Source: the human T2T-CHM13v2.0 reference genome, Homo sapiens. Taken from it: a stretch of DNA of 64,000 nucleotides. How positions within the stretch are numbered: the first letter of the stretch is position 1; every line of letters starts with the position of its first letter. The stretch lies in NCBI RefSeq assembly GCF_009914755.1, contig NC_060933.1, one strand, 5' to 3'. The notes under the pieces are model-generated. The model was not told the origin of the DNA. It made no database searches and saw nothing but the letters and a program-made list of their open reading frames with translations. The position numbers and the translations under genes are program-made. Positions 1-14,611 of this stretch are shown piece after piece.

Positions 1-593
1 TTTCTTGGGGACAGAAATTGTCCCCAAGAAAAGCTAGAAACAGACATAGAAGACAAAGACTTTACAGCAAGTGTCTTAAAGATGCTCAAAAAACTAAAGA
101 AGAAATTGAGAAAGTAAAAAAAATGTATGAACAAAACTGAGATATCAGTAAAATGATGGGGGAACCAAGAAGAAACCAAAAAAATTTTTAGAACTCAACA
201 GCACAACAATTGAAATAAAAAATTTGTTAGAGGGATTCAAAGCAGATTGAAGCAAGCCAAAGAAAGAATCGGCAAACTTGAAGATAGGACAACTGAAATT
301 ATCAAGTTTAAAGAACAAAATGGAAAAAGATTGAACAAAACTAAAGCCTAAGGGACCTATACAGCACCCTCAAGCAGACCAACGTGGGCACTGATGGAGT
401 TCAGAAAGAGAAACAGAAATGGATGGAGAGATTATCTGAAAAAAAAAAGTCATAGAAAACTTTCCAAATTTGATGAAAGATATGAATATAAATATCCAAG
501 AAGCTCAACAAACTCCAAATAAGATGAACTCAAAGAGACCCACACTGAGACACATTATAATCAAACTGTGGAAAATCAAAGACAAAGAGAGAA

Positions 594-845
594 TTTTTTT
601 AAGACAGGGTATCACTCTGTCACCCAGGCTGGAGGGCAATGGCACGATCACAGCTAACTGCAGCCTTGAACTCCCAGGCTCAGTCAATCCTCCCACCTCA
701 GACTTTCAAGTAGCTGGGACTACAGGCATGTGCCACCACATATGCCTAATTATTGTATTTTTTGTAGAGACCAGGTCTCAGGTGATCCATTCACCTCAGC
801 TTCCCAAAGTGCTGGTATTACAGATGTAAGCCACTGCATCCAGTC
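594..845 (-). mobile_element. Alu (AluJ-like) with internal deletion, nested in L1 ORF1
   Basis: aagacagggtatcactctgtcacccaggctgg...cccaaagtgctggtattacag. Confidence 0.9.
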
Positions 846-848
846 TCA

Positions 849-1241
<393 letters not shown>

Positions 1242-1643
1242 TCATCAATAAGATTACAAGTAGATTTCTCATCAGAAACTTTGCAGGCCAGAAGGCATTG
1301 GTGGATATATTTAATGTGCTAAAATTAAAAATAAAAAAAAATTGTTAACCAAGAATTTTATACCCAAAAAATCTGTCCTTCAAATATTAGGGAGAAATTA
1401 AGACATTCTCAGATAAACAAAAGCTGAAGGAATTTGTTACCACTAGACATGTCCTACCAGAAATCCAAAGGGGGTCTTGCAGGTTAAAATGAAAAGATAT
1501 TAGACAGGGGCACAAAGTCGTATGAAGAAAAACATATCAATGTAGGTAAATACACGGAGATTTATAAAATCCAGCATTGTTTTAACAATAGTTGTAACTC
1601 TACTTTTCATTTTCTACATGATTTAAGAGGATAATTAACTTAA

Positions 1644-2162
<519 letters not shown>

Positions 2163-2870
2163 TAACAAGGATGTAATTTAGTGACATCAATGAATCAAAA
2201 GGAGTGGAGACAAAGCTGGAAATAGAGCATTTGAACAACACAATAATCCAACTAGCTCTAACATACATATACAGAACACTCTACCCACCAACAGAATACA
2301 TATTATTCTTTAGTGGAGATGAGACATTCTCCAGTATACATCAGATGTTATGTCACAAATTAAGTCTCAAACATTTAAAAATAGAGATATTATACAAAGC
2401 TTCTTCTCCAACCACAATGATACAAAGTTAGAAATCAATAATCAAAGGAAAACAAGAAAATCACAAATTTGAGCAAATTGAAGAACACCATCTTAAACAA
2501 CCAATGGATTTTTAAAAAGTCAGAAGGAAAAGCAGAAAACAATCAGAGTTGAAAGAAAATGAAAACACGACATACCAAAACTTATGAAATACAGTGAAAC
2601 CAATGCTGATGGAAAATTTATAGCTATATATTCTTACATTAAAAACAATCAAAATCTCAAATCAACAACCTACCTTAATGACAAGGAACTAGAAAAAGAA
2701 GGACTAGCCTTAAAGCTAGCAAAAAATAAAAATAAAATAAAAAACAATAAAGATTATAGCAGAGATAAATGAAATAGATAATAGGAAAACAATAGAGGAC
2801 AATCAACAAAATAAAAAATTTGATTCTTTAAAAAGATAAACAAAATTGACAAATTGTTATCTAGACTGAC

Positions 2871-3538
2871 TGTATTAGTCAGGGTTCATCTCCAAATAAG
2901 ATGAACTCAAAGAAACCCACACTGAGACACATTATAATCAAGGTGTGGAAAATCAAAGCCGAAGAGAGAATTACTTTTAAGACAGGGTCTCACTCTGTCA
3001 CCCAGTCTGGAGAGCAATAGCATCTATCCTATTAGGGACAGGACTAATAGGATAGATGTATATATGATGGGGAGTTTATTAAAGAATATTGACTCACATA
3101 ATCACAAGGTGAAGTCCCACAATAGGCTGTCAAGGAAGCCAGTCTGAGTCCCCAAACCTCAAAAATATGGATGCTGACAGTACAGCCTTCAGTGGCGAAA
3201 GGCCTGAGAACCCTGGCAAACCACTGGTGTAAGTCCAAGAGTCCAAAAGCTGAAGAACTTGGAGTCCAATGTTCGAGGGCAGGAAGCATCCAGCATGGGA
3301 GAAAGATGAAGGCCAGAAGACTCAGCAAGTCTGCTCTTTCCAATTTCTTCTGCCTGCTTTATTCTAGCCATGCTGGCAGCTGACTAAAGTGCCCACCTAA
3401 ATTGAGGGTGAGTCTGCCTTTCCCACCGCACTGACTCAAATGTTAATCTCTTTTGGCAACACCCTCACAGACACACCCAGGAACAATACTTTGCATCCTT
3501 CAATCCAATCAAGTTGACACTCAATAATAACCATCACG
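2871..3538 (-). mobile_element. MLT2 (ERVL) solo LTR nested in L1 ORF2, carrying a templated insertion
   Basis: tgtattagtcagggttc...aagttgacactcaataataaccatcacg; 5-bp TSD ctgac at 2866-2870 and 3539-3543. Confidence 0.92.
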
Positions 3539-4960
3539 CTGACTAAGAAAAAGAAAAGGAGAAGTCTCAAGTTATTATAATCAGAAATGAAATTGGTATA
3601 TTACTACTGAATTTATAGAAATATAAAGTATTATAAGAGAATACTATGAGCAAACATATGGCAACAAATTGGATAACCTAGATGAAATAGACAAATTCCT
3701 ACAAACATAAAACCTACAAGGACAGAATCATGAAGGAATAGAAAATCTGAGTAGACCTGTAACTAGTTAGGAGATTGAATTAGCAATAAAAAATCGTTGA
3801 ACAAAAATGTGCCCTGGACCAGATGGCTTCACTAGTGAACTAACAGCAATCTTTCTCAAAGTTTTCCAAAACACTGAAGAGGAGGAAACACTTCATAACA
3901 CAGTTTATGAAGCTACTATTATCTGAATGCCAAAGCCTGACAAAGAAACCACAAGAAAATAAAACAAGAAAAATAAACCAGTATCATGAACATTGATCCT
4001 GGTCTGATACAACAACACAAAATACTAGCAAACAAAATTCACCAGCATATTAAAAGTACTATACACCACAACCAAGTGAGATTTATTCCTTGAATGGAAG
4101 GGTGGTTCAACATAAGAAAACTGATCAACGTATAATAATTCACCATATTATTATAAAAGAATAAAAGGGAGAAAACCCACGTGATCATCTCAATTGACGC
4201 AGAAACAATATTTGACAAAATTCAACACTCTTTTATGATAAAAACACTCAAGAAAACAGGAATAGAAGGAAAGTGCCTCAGCATAATGGAAGCCATATAT
4301 CAACATCCCATAGCAAACATCATACTTAATGGTGAAAGATGGAAAGGTTTTCTTCTAAGACAAGGAACAGGGCAAGGATGCCCATTTTCATCATTTCTAT
4401 TCTATATAGTACTAGAAGTCCTAACAAGTAATTTGGCAATAAAAAGAAACAAAAGACATCCAAGTTGGAAATAAAAAAGCAAAATGATCTCTGTTCACAG
4501 GAAATATGACTTTCTATGTAGAAATCTTAAGTATTCTACAAAAAACTGTTAAAACTAATGAACATATTCAGCAAAGGCAAGGGACTTGAATAGACATTTC
4601 TCCCAAGAAGATATATGAATGGCAACTAAGCATATAAAAAGATGCTCAACATTACCAGTCATTAGAGAAATTCAAATCAAAACCACAATTAAAATGGATA
4701 TATATAAAAAAGAAAATAACAAGTATTGGTGAAGATGTGGGAAAATTGGAACCCTTGAGCACTGTTGGTGGGAATGATACAGCTGTTGTTGAAGGCAATA
4801 TGGCAGTTCCTCAAAAAGTTAAATGTAGAATTACCATATGATCCAGCAATTCCATATCTGAGTATATGCCCAAAAGAACTGAAAGCACAATCTTGAAGAT
4901 ATATTTGTACCCCCATGTTCATAGCAGCATTATTCATATAGGTGAAACAGTGAAAAAACC

Positions 4961-5322
4961 TGCTATGACTTGAATGTGTGCCCTCTATAATTCAGTTGGG
5001 ATGGTATTAACAGGCGGGCCCTTTACAAGGTGATTAGGCCATGAGGACCTTTCCCTTGTGAATGGGATTAAGGCCTTTATAAAAGAGATTTCACACAGTA
5101 TTCAGCTCATTTGTCCTTCCACCTGCCTTCCACCATGTGAGAACACAAGTGTTTCTCCCCTCCAGAGGATGTAGCCTTCACCAGACAACCAAACAGACTG
5201 GCACCTTTATCTTGGACTTACCAGACTCCAGGCCTATGAGAAATAAATTTGTCCTTTATAAATTACCTAGTCTCCATATGTTGAGCAGAAAGTACCTCAG
5301 CAGCATAAAATGGACTAAGATG
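4961..5322 (+). mobile_element. MaLR solo LTR (MST/MLT1A-like) nested in L1 3' region
   Basis: tgctatgacttgaatgtgtg...aaatggactaagatg; flanks aaacc/caacc. Confidence 0.85.
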
Positions 5323-5869
5323 CAACCTAAGTGTTCACCAACAGATGCATGAATAGGCAAAACGTGGCATATACCTAAAATGGATTATTGCTTAGCCTTA
5401 AAAAGCAAGGAAATTCTGACACATGCTACAACATGGATGAACTTTGAGAACATTATTCTAAGTGAAATAAATTAATCACAAAAAGAAAAATACTGTATGA
5501 TACCACATATATGAAGTACCTACAGTAGTCAAAATTATAGAGACAGTCGTTACTAGGGGCTGAGAGGAAGAGGAATAGTGACTTACTGTTTAATGGACAG
5601 AGAGGTTTCATTTTGCGAGATGAAAAAAGTTCTGTGGATGGATGGTGGTGATGGTTGCATAACAACATGAATGTAGTAATTATCACCGAACTGTACACTT
5701 AAAAATGGTTAAGATGGTAAATTTTATGGTGTGTGTGCTTTATCACAACAAGAATGCTGAAAAAAATGGCCTTTAAGAGATAGTAGACTGTTTACAGTAC
5801 TTTGGAATAATGTGTAGATGTCCTTGAAAATCTTTTCAGGAATGGGCCTTTACTGGCTGTTTAACAGCA

Positions 5870-6530
5870 AAGTATTTAGGAGAGTTGCTCCACTTACAAA
5901 TCAATCATGGAATTTTCTTGTTAAAGATAAGAGTTGAAAGTTTCTGTAATGACAAGTAGCTGTCAAAATTATCCCATCCAGGAAGTATTTTTGAAAAAAT
6001 AAACTTCTTTTGCCATTCTGAAATGATGATTTTTTAGTAATGAATGCAAGAGGAACTATTTTTCAAAAGAAACCTCATGCTGTGGAAAGAACATTTTGAA
6101 AGTGGCTCATTGGAATATTTCACTGTTATACGGTTTTGTTGCTAAAAATGATATAAAAACCTTATATCTGCAAATTTTAAAAACTTGGCAATATAATTTT
6201 ATAACTTAAAACAATCTTCCAAAAGAATAAATAATTTTAAATCTATTTCTTAAAAATGTAAAAATGCCACATATCCTGATTCATTTGTAAGAGCTTCTGA
6301 CTGACATCAGGGCAAAGAGAAATGTATTAACTGAATTTCACATGCTTTGCATAATGGTGGATGGGTTGAAAAGTGAATATTATTATTTACTTAGCTCAAA
6401 CTATTTTACTTTTCTTCCATTTGAATTTGTATATCTGATGTTTGTTTTTTAACAGCTGCAACAGCCCTTATAACCAAGTGTCAAAATAAACTTAACATGC
6501 AACCAGATCTTTAAATCATAATATCACCAG
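5870..6530 (+). mobile_element. hAT/Charlie transposase remnant (C-terminal dimerisation region)
   Basis: Degenerate W..L..EY, LPF..YL and TK..NKL...PDL pattern (cttccatttgaatttgtatatct...accaagtgtcaaaataaacttaacatgcaaccagatctt). Confidence 0.6.
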
Positions 6531-6746
6531 TCGATCAATATGTTAAATTACATAACACTATAGGTTTTTGTGTGCCATTAGTGAAATCTATAGATTTTTA
6601 AAATATTGTCATTTTATTCTTATATTTTCTCCCTCTTTAAATCCTTTAATTTTGTACATTATTGCACTAATACTGACACAGGCTACAACATGGATGACTA
6701 GAAGTACATGTTGACCAGAAGTTTGCTTTTGTTTTTTCAAATCATG

Positions 6747-7424
6747 TTTATGAGGTATGATTTACATATAATGAAACACTAATTTTAAGTGTATAGTTCA
6801 ATGTTTTAATAACTATATATATATCCATGTAACCACCACCACAATCAAGATATAGAAAATACCTGTCCCCCTCAAACTTCCTACGTGCCTCTTCACAGTT
6901 CATCCCACCCCCCTTTACCCATCCACCATCCCTCAGCCACCACTGATCTGCTTTCTGTCCCTGTGGATTAGTTTTCCCTGTTTTAGAATTTAATACAAAT
7001 GATTCCCATACAATATACGCTTCTTTCAACTGGCATCATGTTTTTAAGATTCATCTATATTGTTATGTGCATAGATAGTTCACTTTTGTTGCTTAACAAT
7101 ATTCCATTGTTTAGATTCACCACAACTGATTTATTCTTTCATTTGTTAATAGGCATTTCGGTTGTTTCCATGTTTTCAAGTACAAATCTTTGTGTGGACA
7201 TAAATGTTCATTTCTCTTAGGGAAACACAAAGAAGTAGAATTGCTGGGTCATAGGGGAGTGGGTGTTTAATTTTGTGAGAAACCGCCCAGTTGTTTTTGA
7301 AAGTGTGTCATTTTCTATTTCTACCAGCAATATATGAGGCTTCCACTGGCCCCACATCCTTGTCTACTTGCTTATTGTCATTCTTTTAAATTTTAGCCAT
7401 TTGTGGGTATACAGTGGCATCTCA
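6747..7424 (-). mobile_element. L1ME/MD 3' end
   Basis: tttatgaggtatgatttacatataatgaa...catgtaaccaccaccacaatcaagatatagaa...agaattgctgggtcat. Confidence 0.85.
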
Positions 7425-8687
7425 ACATTTTAACTTTGGAGAATGTTTCTAACATACATAAAGTGTGAATACGGTAATACACATACAGCTTCCAAAATAA
7501 ATCACTATATATATATTGGCAGGATCGCCCCAAATGTTCACTGGTCATGACACACAACAAAACCCTTGGAGATATACGCAGTAATGTCCAGGTCACTGCC
7601 TTAAGTGCCAGCTACCACAGCACTTACGAATTTGTTTTTTCAGATACTACAGCATGAAGGTTTTAGAGTTTAAAATATTATATTTTTAAGGAGTTTAGGG
7701 AGGAGAAAGAATGATTTTCTTGGTTTTACTTCTAACTGTGGTAGGTGCTGGCAGAGGCTGCCTGTCCGCTGGGGTAGTGAGGAGACTATGCAGCGTGTTT
7801 TTGCTCCAGAGTTGCACCCTGTAGTGACAGCTTTGGTTTCACCTGTGATTGAAGTTCATTTGCACAGAGGGTGCCCCTGAAGAAAAACACATTTCCCCTT
7901 CCAGCATTGCCCAGGAGGCAGCTGGGCCCCAGCAGTTTCTTGGGCACTTTACTTGCCATTCACACTAAAGTTTAGGGACACTCATCTGTCATTTGACGGC
8001 TTGTTGGCAGAAAAACAACAGTGCAAATACCAAGAAACCTCAGCAGTAAGTCAGTTTCAAGCAGGTCAGATGCCCTGTAATATGCGCAGTGTGATAGTTT
8101 AATCAGAGAATCATGCGGTATTATTGCTTCTGCCTGAGAGGAAGAGACTTTTTTCTTTTCAAGAAAGCGCTTTTCAGATAGCTATTAGGTTGTTGAATGA
8201 GGAACTGCACAAAAGAAATGCTGGCTCCTTGTGGTCTTTCAGATCATTAAAAAGTGACCCAGGTGGCAAAACCAGTTATCATTTTCTCAGCTGCAGTAGA
8301 TAAAAGAGCAAGATTGGACACCAATCTGTGGCTACATGATGGCAAAACCATCAGCCCAGAGCAAAAGAGGGTTCATCAATTCCGTGGAAAATATGGAGTC
8401 AACGTGATTACTTGGCATTGTGCAGGTGCCAACCTGTTGATTTGACTGATTTTGCTTTTCAGATGTTGATCTAGTCTTGAAAAGTCTCATACACCCAAAC
8501 TCACTGATCCTGTTTTTCTCTCTCTTGCAGCACCTTGTACATATAGGATAAAACTCTTGAGGTACCCAGCTGGAAAAGGAAAAGTTGAGGGGATGTGAGG
8601 CCAGTTCCCTGCTAGGGTGAAAAGAGTTCCAAGACATTGTTAGCAATAATTAGTGATCAACCATCTGAACGCTTTTTAGTTTCATTA

Positions 8688-9320
8688 TAATACAGGAATT
8701 ATTAAGAAATAATTTTTAGGCAGATAGAAAGGGCAAAAGGAGTTCTTATAAAGGCTTTTCCTTTTAATAAAAGCAATCCCCAAACCATTTATTTTCTAAC
8801 AGAAAATGGCTTGAAGGGCCAGGCTGGCAAGATTTGATATGCAAATCATGGCCATTAGAAATGGTCCACCCAATATGGCGATTCCTGCCTCCTTCTTGTC
8901 ACCAGGTGTGCCAAGGAGTCATGGCCACCTCCAAATAACACCGTGTGTTCAGAACATCATGGCGACTCATATTTGCACATTAAAAGGGTAAGGTAGGAGG
9001 GCCAGGTTTTTCACAGGCTACATAAATGACACACCTCATCAAAACCAATACCCTGGGCCCTGTGCAAACCAGACACCGCCTCCTACAGCATCCCAGTATA
9101 AGCAATCACTTTTCCACCGCACATGAGGTTTCTCTTTACTCGAGTCTCCCCTCTCTCTGTCTCTGTACAGGGGAGCTGTTTTCTTCTTCCTTCCTTCTTC
9201 TTGCCTAATAAACTCTCTGCTCCTTGAAACCACTCCATGTGTATCCGTGTTGTGTTGTTTTATCTAAATTGGTGTGAGACCAAGGACCTTAGTATTCCTC
9301 CAGTCATTGAAGCCATATCA
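8688..9320 (+). mobile_element. MER50 (ERV1-class) solo LTR
   Basis: taatacaggaattattaagaaataatttttaggcagatag...gaagccatatca; 4-bp TSD atta (8684-8687 and 9321-9324); octamer ATGCAAAT 8839-8846; AATAAA 9207-9212. Confidence 0.82.
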
Positions 9321-9734
9321 ATTATTTAGTGTACTTAAATTATAGTCCGTCCCAACGTTCCTTCTTTTCTTGCCAAGAAAACATGTGGCCTAATCACAAT
9401 CCCCCTAGAATGTGTGGCTGCTGCAGTAGAAAAATGCTTTAGATCAACAAGTATTTTCTCTAAACACGCTGCTTCTCTCCTCTAATGCCTAGAATGAAAT
9501 GGGTCCTTAAATAGGGCCCCATGACAGCAATGCACAATAGTGGCTTCTAGGAGCAGATGGGTAAGGAGAGAACTAAAAGAAGAAGGTAGGTGGCTAAGAG
9601 AAAGACTTTGGCTTAAGAAAAGTAGATTTCAGAAGCTACAAAGTGAGCTAAGGAAGTTTCTTGAATTGTGGTTTAAATACTGAAATGACAGGTATGTCAA
9701 TGTTGGAAACAAGAACAACTTCCCTTGGCAGAGG

Positions 9735-10144
9735 TGTCTTAGTCTGTTTGTGCTGCTTATACAAAATACCTGAAACTGAGTATAAAGAAACTTATTGCTC
9801 CCAGTTCTGGAGTCTGGGGAGTCCAAGATCCAGGTGCTGCAGGTTTGGTGTCTGGTGAAGGCCCATTTTACAAAGATAGCTCTGTCTAGGTGTCCTCGTA
9901 TGGTGGAAGGGATGGATAGGGGCAAAAGGGGATGAACAGCGTCCTCATGCATCAAAGAAATGAAAGGGCAAAAGGGAACACCCTAAACTAGTTATCCCCA
10001 GCCCTTTTCTAGGGTGCAAATACATTCATAAAGGCAGACCCCTCATGACTTGATCACTGCCTAAAAGGTCTTCCCCACCTCTTAATACCATCACAATGGA
10101 GATTAAGTTTCAATAGTGAATATTGGGGGCACTGATACTATAGA
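9735..10144 (-). mobile_element. MaLR LTR (MST-like)
   Basis: tgtcttagtctgtttgtgctgc...cagttctggagtctggggagtccaagatc...ccccacctcttaataccatcacaatgg. Confidence 0.85.
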
Positions 10145-10469
10145 AAAAGGAAAACCAACTGTGGGTTTGGACAAACCACTTAACTTCTCTAGGCTCCCTC
10201 TGTTAATTGAGGAAATCGGGTCTCAGCTTCTAAAGTTTTTCTTGATCTCCTTCTGCAAGCAAAAGTTAATCCAGAAGCCCAATAAGTAAAACAGATAGAA
10301 GGGGTGTTGTTCTCATGATAGAGGTTTTTGGGGAGGTAGGCTTGCTGTTGAAGTTCAAGCTCCCTTACCTCTCTAACTTAGTCCCAGAAGGGACTTCTTG
10401 GTGCATCTTTCAATAGCACTGTGGTAAATCACTTTTAGGGGTTGTTTCAGTTTCAATGTTATATAATCC

Positions 10470-10632
10470 TAGTGGTTCTCAAAGTGTGATCCCAGAAGGA
10501 TCATTATCAGACCTGCAAATTTTCAAGTGACTCCCCATACTTAATGAGTCAGACACTCTAGGGATGGGCCCCAGCAATCTGTGTTTTAAAAGCCCCTCAG
10601 GGGATTGTAGTGCACCTCTTTGAGAGCCATTG
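10470..10632. mobile_element. MER5A-type hAT MITE
   Basis: Terminal inverted repeats agtggttctcaaa / tttgagagccattg; ggcccagcaatctgtgtttt core. Confidence 0.75.
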
Positions 10633-11228
10633 TATTGCTCCCTGATGCTAAAGAGCTGTGTTCCTTCTGAACAGTTGCCAATACTGAGACCAACCAAAGA
10701 GAAGTGAGTAGACTGGGGTGAGCAAGGGAAGAAGCAAGTGGAGAAAGAACTTAGGAACAACTGTGAATTTCTCCTGAGAATCGGATACCAGAGAGCTGCT
10801 CAAGACACTGCCCTGCCAAGTCTTTAGATCCTATAAGAAGAGTTGGGAAACAAGTACATCCTCAGCATCTGTAATGTCTGGGTTTTAAAAAGCAGTGACA
10901 AAGGACATTTCAACATGCAATTGAAACAACATGCTCTTGAAAAAAATGTGCCCTGCCTGGCCCTGTCCTCCCCACTGTTGCCTAGTGATCCCCCTTCCAT
11001 GATGTTTGTTTGGTTAATTTATACAGAGATATGGATGAAATGAGGCCCCATAATAATGTCGATGATAACTGTGATGACAATAATAGCACTAGCTAGAGAA
11101 TGGCAGGCACTGTGCTAATTTTATATGGGTTTTCTTATTCAATCCTTATAATATCTTTATGAGGGACTATTGTTATCTACAGTTTTATAGGTTAAAAAAA
11201 ACAAGGTTGGGAAAGGTCAAGTAACTTG

Positions 11229-11695
11229 TGTAGTAGGCAAAATAATGGTTTCCCAAAGATGCCCACATCCTGATGCCTGAAAACTGTGAATTGTTATATT
11301 ACCTATCAAAGGGACTTTGCAGATGTTACTAAAAATGGTGAAATGGGGAGATTACCTTAGATTATCTAGAAGGGTCCAAAACAGTCACAAGAGTCCTTGT
11401 AAGAGGGAGGCAGGAGGGTCAGAATCAGAGAAGGAGATATGATAATGGAAGCAAAAGTCAGAGTGATGTAGCCACAATCCAAGTAATGTGGGCAACCTCT
11501 AAAGGCTGGAAAAGGCAAGAAGCTGATTCTCCCCTACAGCGTCCAGAAAGAACAGATTTCTGCAACATCTTCATTTTAGCCACATGAGACCCATTTCTGA
11601 CTTCTGACCTCCAGAGTTGTAAAGTAATACAACTGTATTTTTTTAAGCTACTGTTTGCATTAATTTTTTACAGCAGCAATAGGAAACATAATACA
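11229..11695 (+). mobile_element. MLT1D LTR nested in a minus-strand MIR (~11085-11770)
   Basis: tgtagtaggcaaaataatgg...cagcagcaataggaaacataataca; MIR core (aaggtcaagtaacttg / caaggtcacacagc) split on either side. Confidence 0.85.
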
Positions 11696-13255
11696 TTTGT
11701 CAAGGTCACACAGCCATTAGGTCATAGGGGCAGGGATATAACCTCACACTGTCTGATTCCAGAACCCACCCTCAATTTGAATCCTTGCAAAGGTATTTAG
11801 GATCTACCCTACAGGGATGTGAATGTCAAGTGAGATGAGGACACATGGATATTCTCTCCCATGTCGTCTTCTTTCCTCATCAATCCCCAATCTAGCTATG
11901 AGAAGGCTCTTTATTTCTTGGATGAGGCTTTGTGGCAAACGGGGACATTCCACATGGATTACTTTAACTCCTCCTCTAAATGTGTTACTAGCTGAATTTG
12001 CAAATGGAGCAGGATTCCTCTTTGGGTAGTAGAACTGTCTCCATGTTTAAGTGCTTCACAATAGGTTGCTTGCTAAGTGAAAGATGGTTTTTCTCTTGCT
12101 TCCTGAATGAACAATCTACAGGGGTAGGTGCTAGTCAAACACATTCACTTCTTCACTTTCAAGGGAATCACCAGTTCCTGCTTACCTGAACATTCTAGAA
12201 GGAAGCAGCAAGGAATTGTTTTCACAAGTCATGTCCCACCTTCATGGCTATCTTCTCTGAGGTTCTTTCTTAACCGTAATGTGGGGATGGTATTGTTTGC
12301 TCCAAGCACCACACAGACTCTTCCTGAAGATCTATGAGTTTATAGATGTGGAAATGCTTTCAAAACTCAAAAACTTCAGCTCTGCCAAATGCTTATTATT
12401 GTTTCCTTAACAGATTCCTTATTGCCACCTTTTAACTTCATTGTCAGTGCAAAAATAAAAAGTGTTGACAGGCTGGATGGAATCTTGTGACTCAGGCATT
12501 TGGTGTCTGTGGGAGAGTGAGGAGGAAGGAGAAGTTAGCAACTGGAGACACTTAAGAAATTGGAGAAAAACCCTAGCTCAAAGAGTTGAAATCAGGATAA
12601 ATTCATACAGAAAAACTTCAAAGTATATGCTTTTTCTAGTGTTCAAGATTGAAAATGAGAAGTACCTTTCCAATAATTGGCCTTCAAAGCATTTATGAAG
12701 ACATTATCAACACATTTAAGATGGGGAACCCCATGGGAACCTAAGCATTTTCAAAAATCTCATTGCTGGCAGTAAGATGTGAAAAATGAAAAGAGGAACA
12801 TTTAATTTCTTCTCATCTTTCAGGATCTAATTGAAGTCACATATCTTTTCTGAAGGATTCCCTAACCACCCCAGCTCACGGGAATGGTTCATTGTGTAGA
12901 CATGCCATGTTTCATCTCTGCCATTCATGGGCACTTGGCATTCACTGTGTGTCAGGAATTTTATTTGTTTGAAAACCAACTGGATTTTAAGCTGTGTGCT
13001 CTATGTCCTCCCAGGGCTTAGAATAATACAGACTACATTGGATCAGGTGATGTATTCAATTTCTAGAAAGCTTTTGCTTACAACTAAAGGACTCACAACC
13101 TGTCGCCTTGTGGCTTTTCCTAAGCTTTTGGTATCATCCTGCTGGCTCCCTCATTCTAACTCTTTTCCTTTGATTTACTGTCATTTTTTCTTTATCCTCT
13201 ATCAGCTTCCTTTTGGTAGCCCAAAGTCAGAATCCTGGATCTTGAAGCACATGCT

Positions 13256-13668
13256 GTGGCATACCAGACAAATCCTTGCTTCTGGACCAAGGCACCCATT
13301 TCCCCAACTGCTGGGAACATTGGCAGATGATGGCTCTCGGTGAGTCATGTTCTAAGTGCTGCCCAGGAGAGCCACCTTACCCAAGGTCACACTTCTTCCT
13401 CAGTGTGTGTGCATTAAAAAAATGTGGAACATAAAGTCCCCCACCTCAAGGTGGTTCAACTCTGAAGGGCCACCCCAGCTCAAGAACTCCCTGTGCGATT
13501 GGCTGAGTACTTTAGTATGACTATATTGCAGCTTAACTCCCCCCTCGGCCAATCTATCCTGCTTCCTTCACTTCCCCAGAAGTGAGGCTCCTGAGAGCTC
13601 TTCCCAATATGCTTCCTGCTTACAAACCTCCACGTTGAGTCTGTTTCCTAGAGAAGCTGCTCTGTGAC
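13256..13668 (+). mobile_element. LTR16-family (ERVL) LTR
   Basis: tgtggca...ccccaactgctggga...cctgagagc...tctgtttcctagagaagctgctctgtgaca. Confidence 0.65.
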
Positions 13669-13852
13669 AGATCTTACGTATAAATGAGAAGACAAACAGT
13701 GTCCACAGCAACAAGGATTGTTGGATGCCTGCCTCACCTAAAGTCAAGCCAGACCAATCTGGCCACAGCTACCAATTCCTCGCAGTGAACACAGCCATCA
13801 TCCTGGCCATCACATGCCAGAAAGGTGAAGTTTGGCTACTCCTGGTCTCCAT

Positions 13853-14611
<759 letters not shown>

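Noticed and set aside
4181-4474. Reverse-transcriptase-like ORF
   Set aside because: Short fragment of a heavily disrupted old L1 ORF2, not an active RT system.
12180-12220. Minus-strand ttccttctag|AATGTTCAG|gtaagc possible 9-nt micro-exon
   Set aside because: No counterpart in the CARM1 structure; such motif pairs occur by chance.
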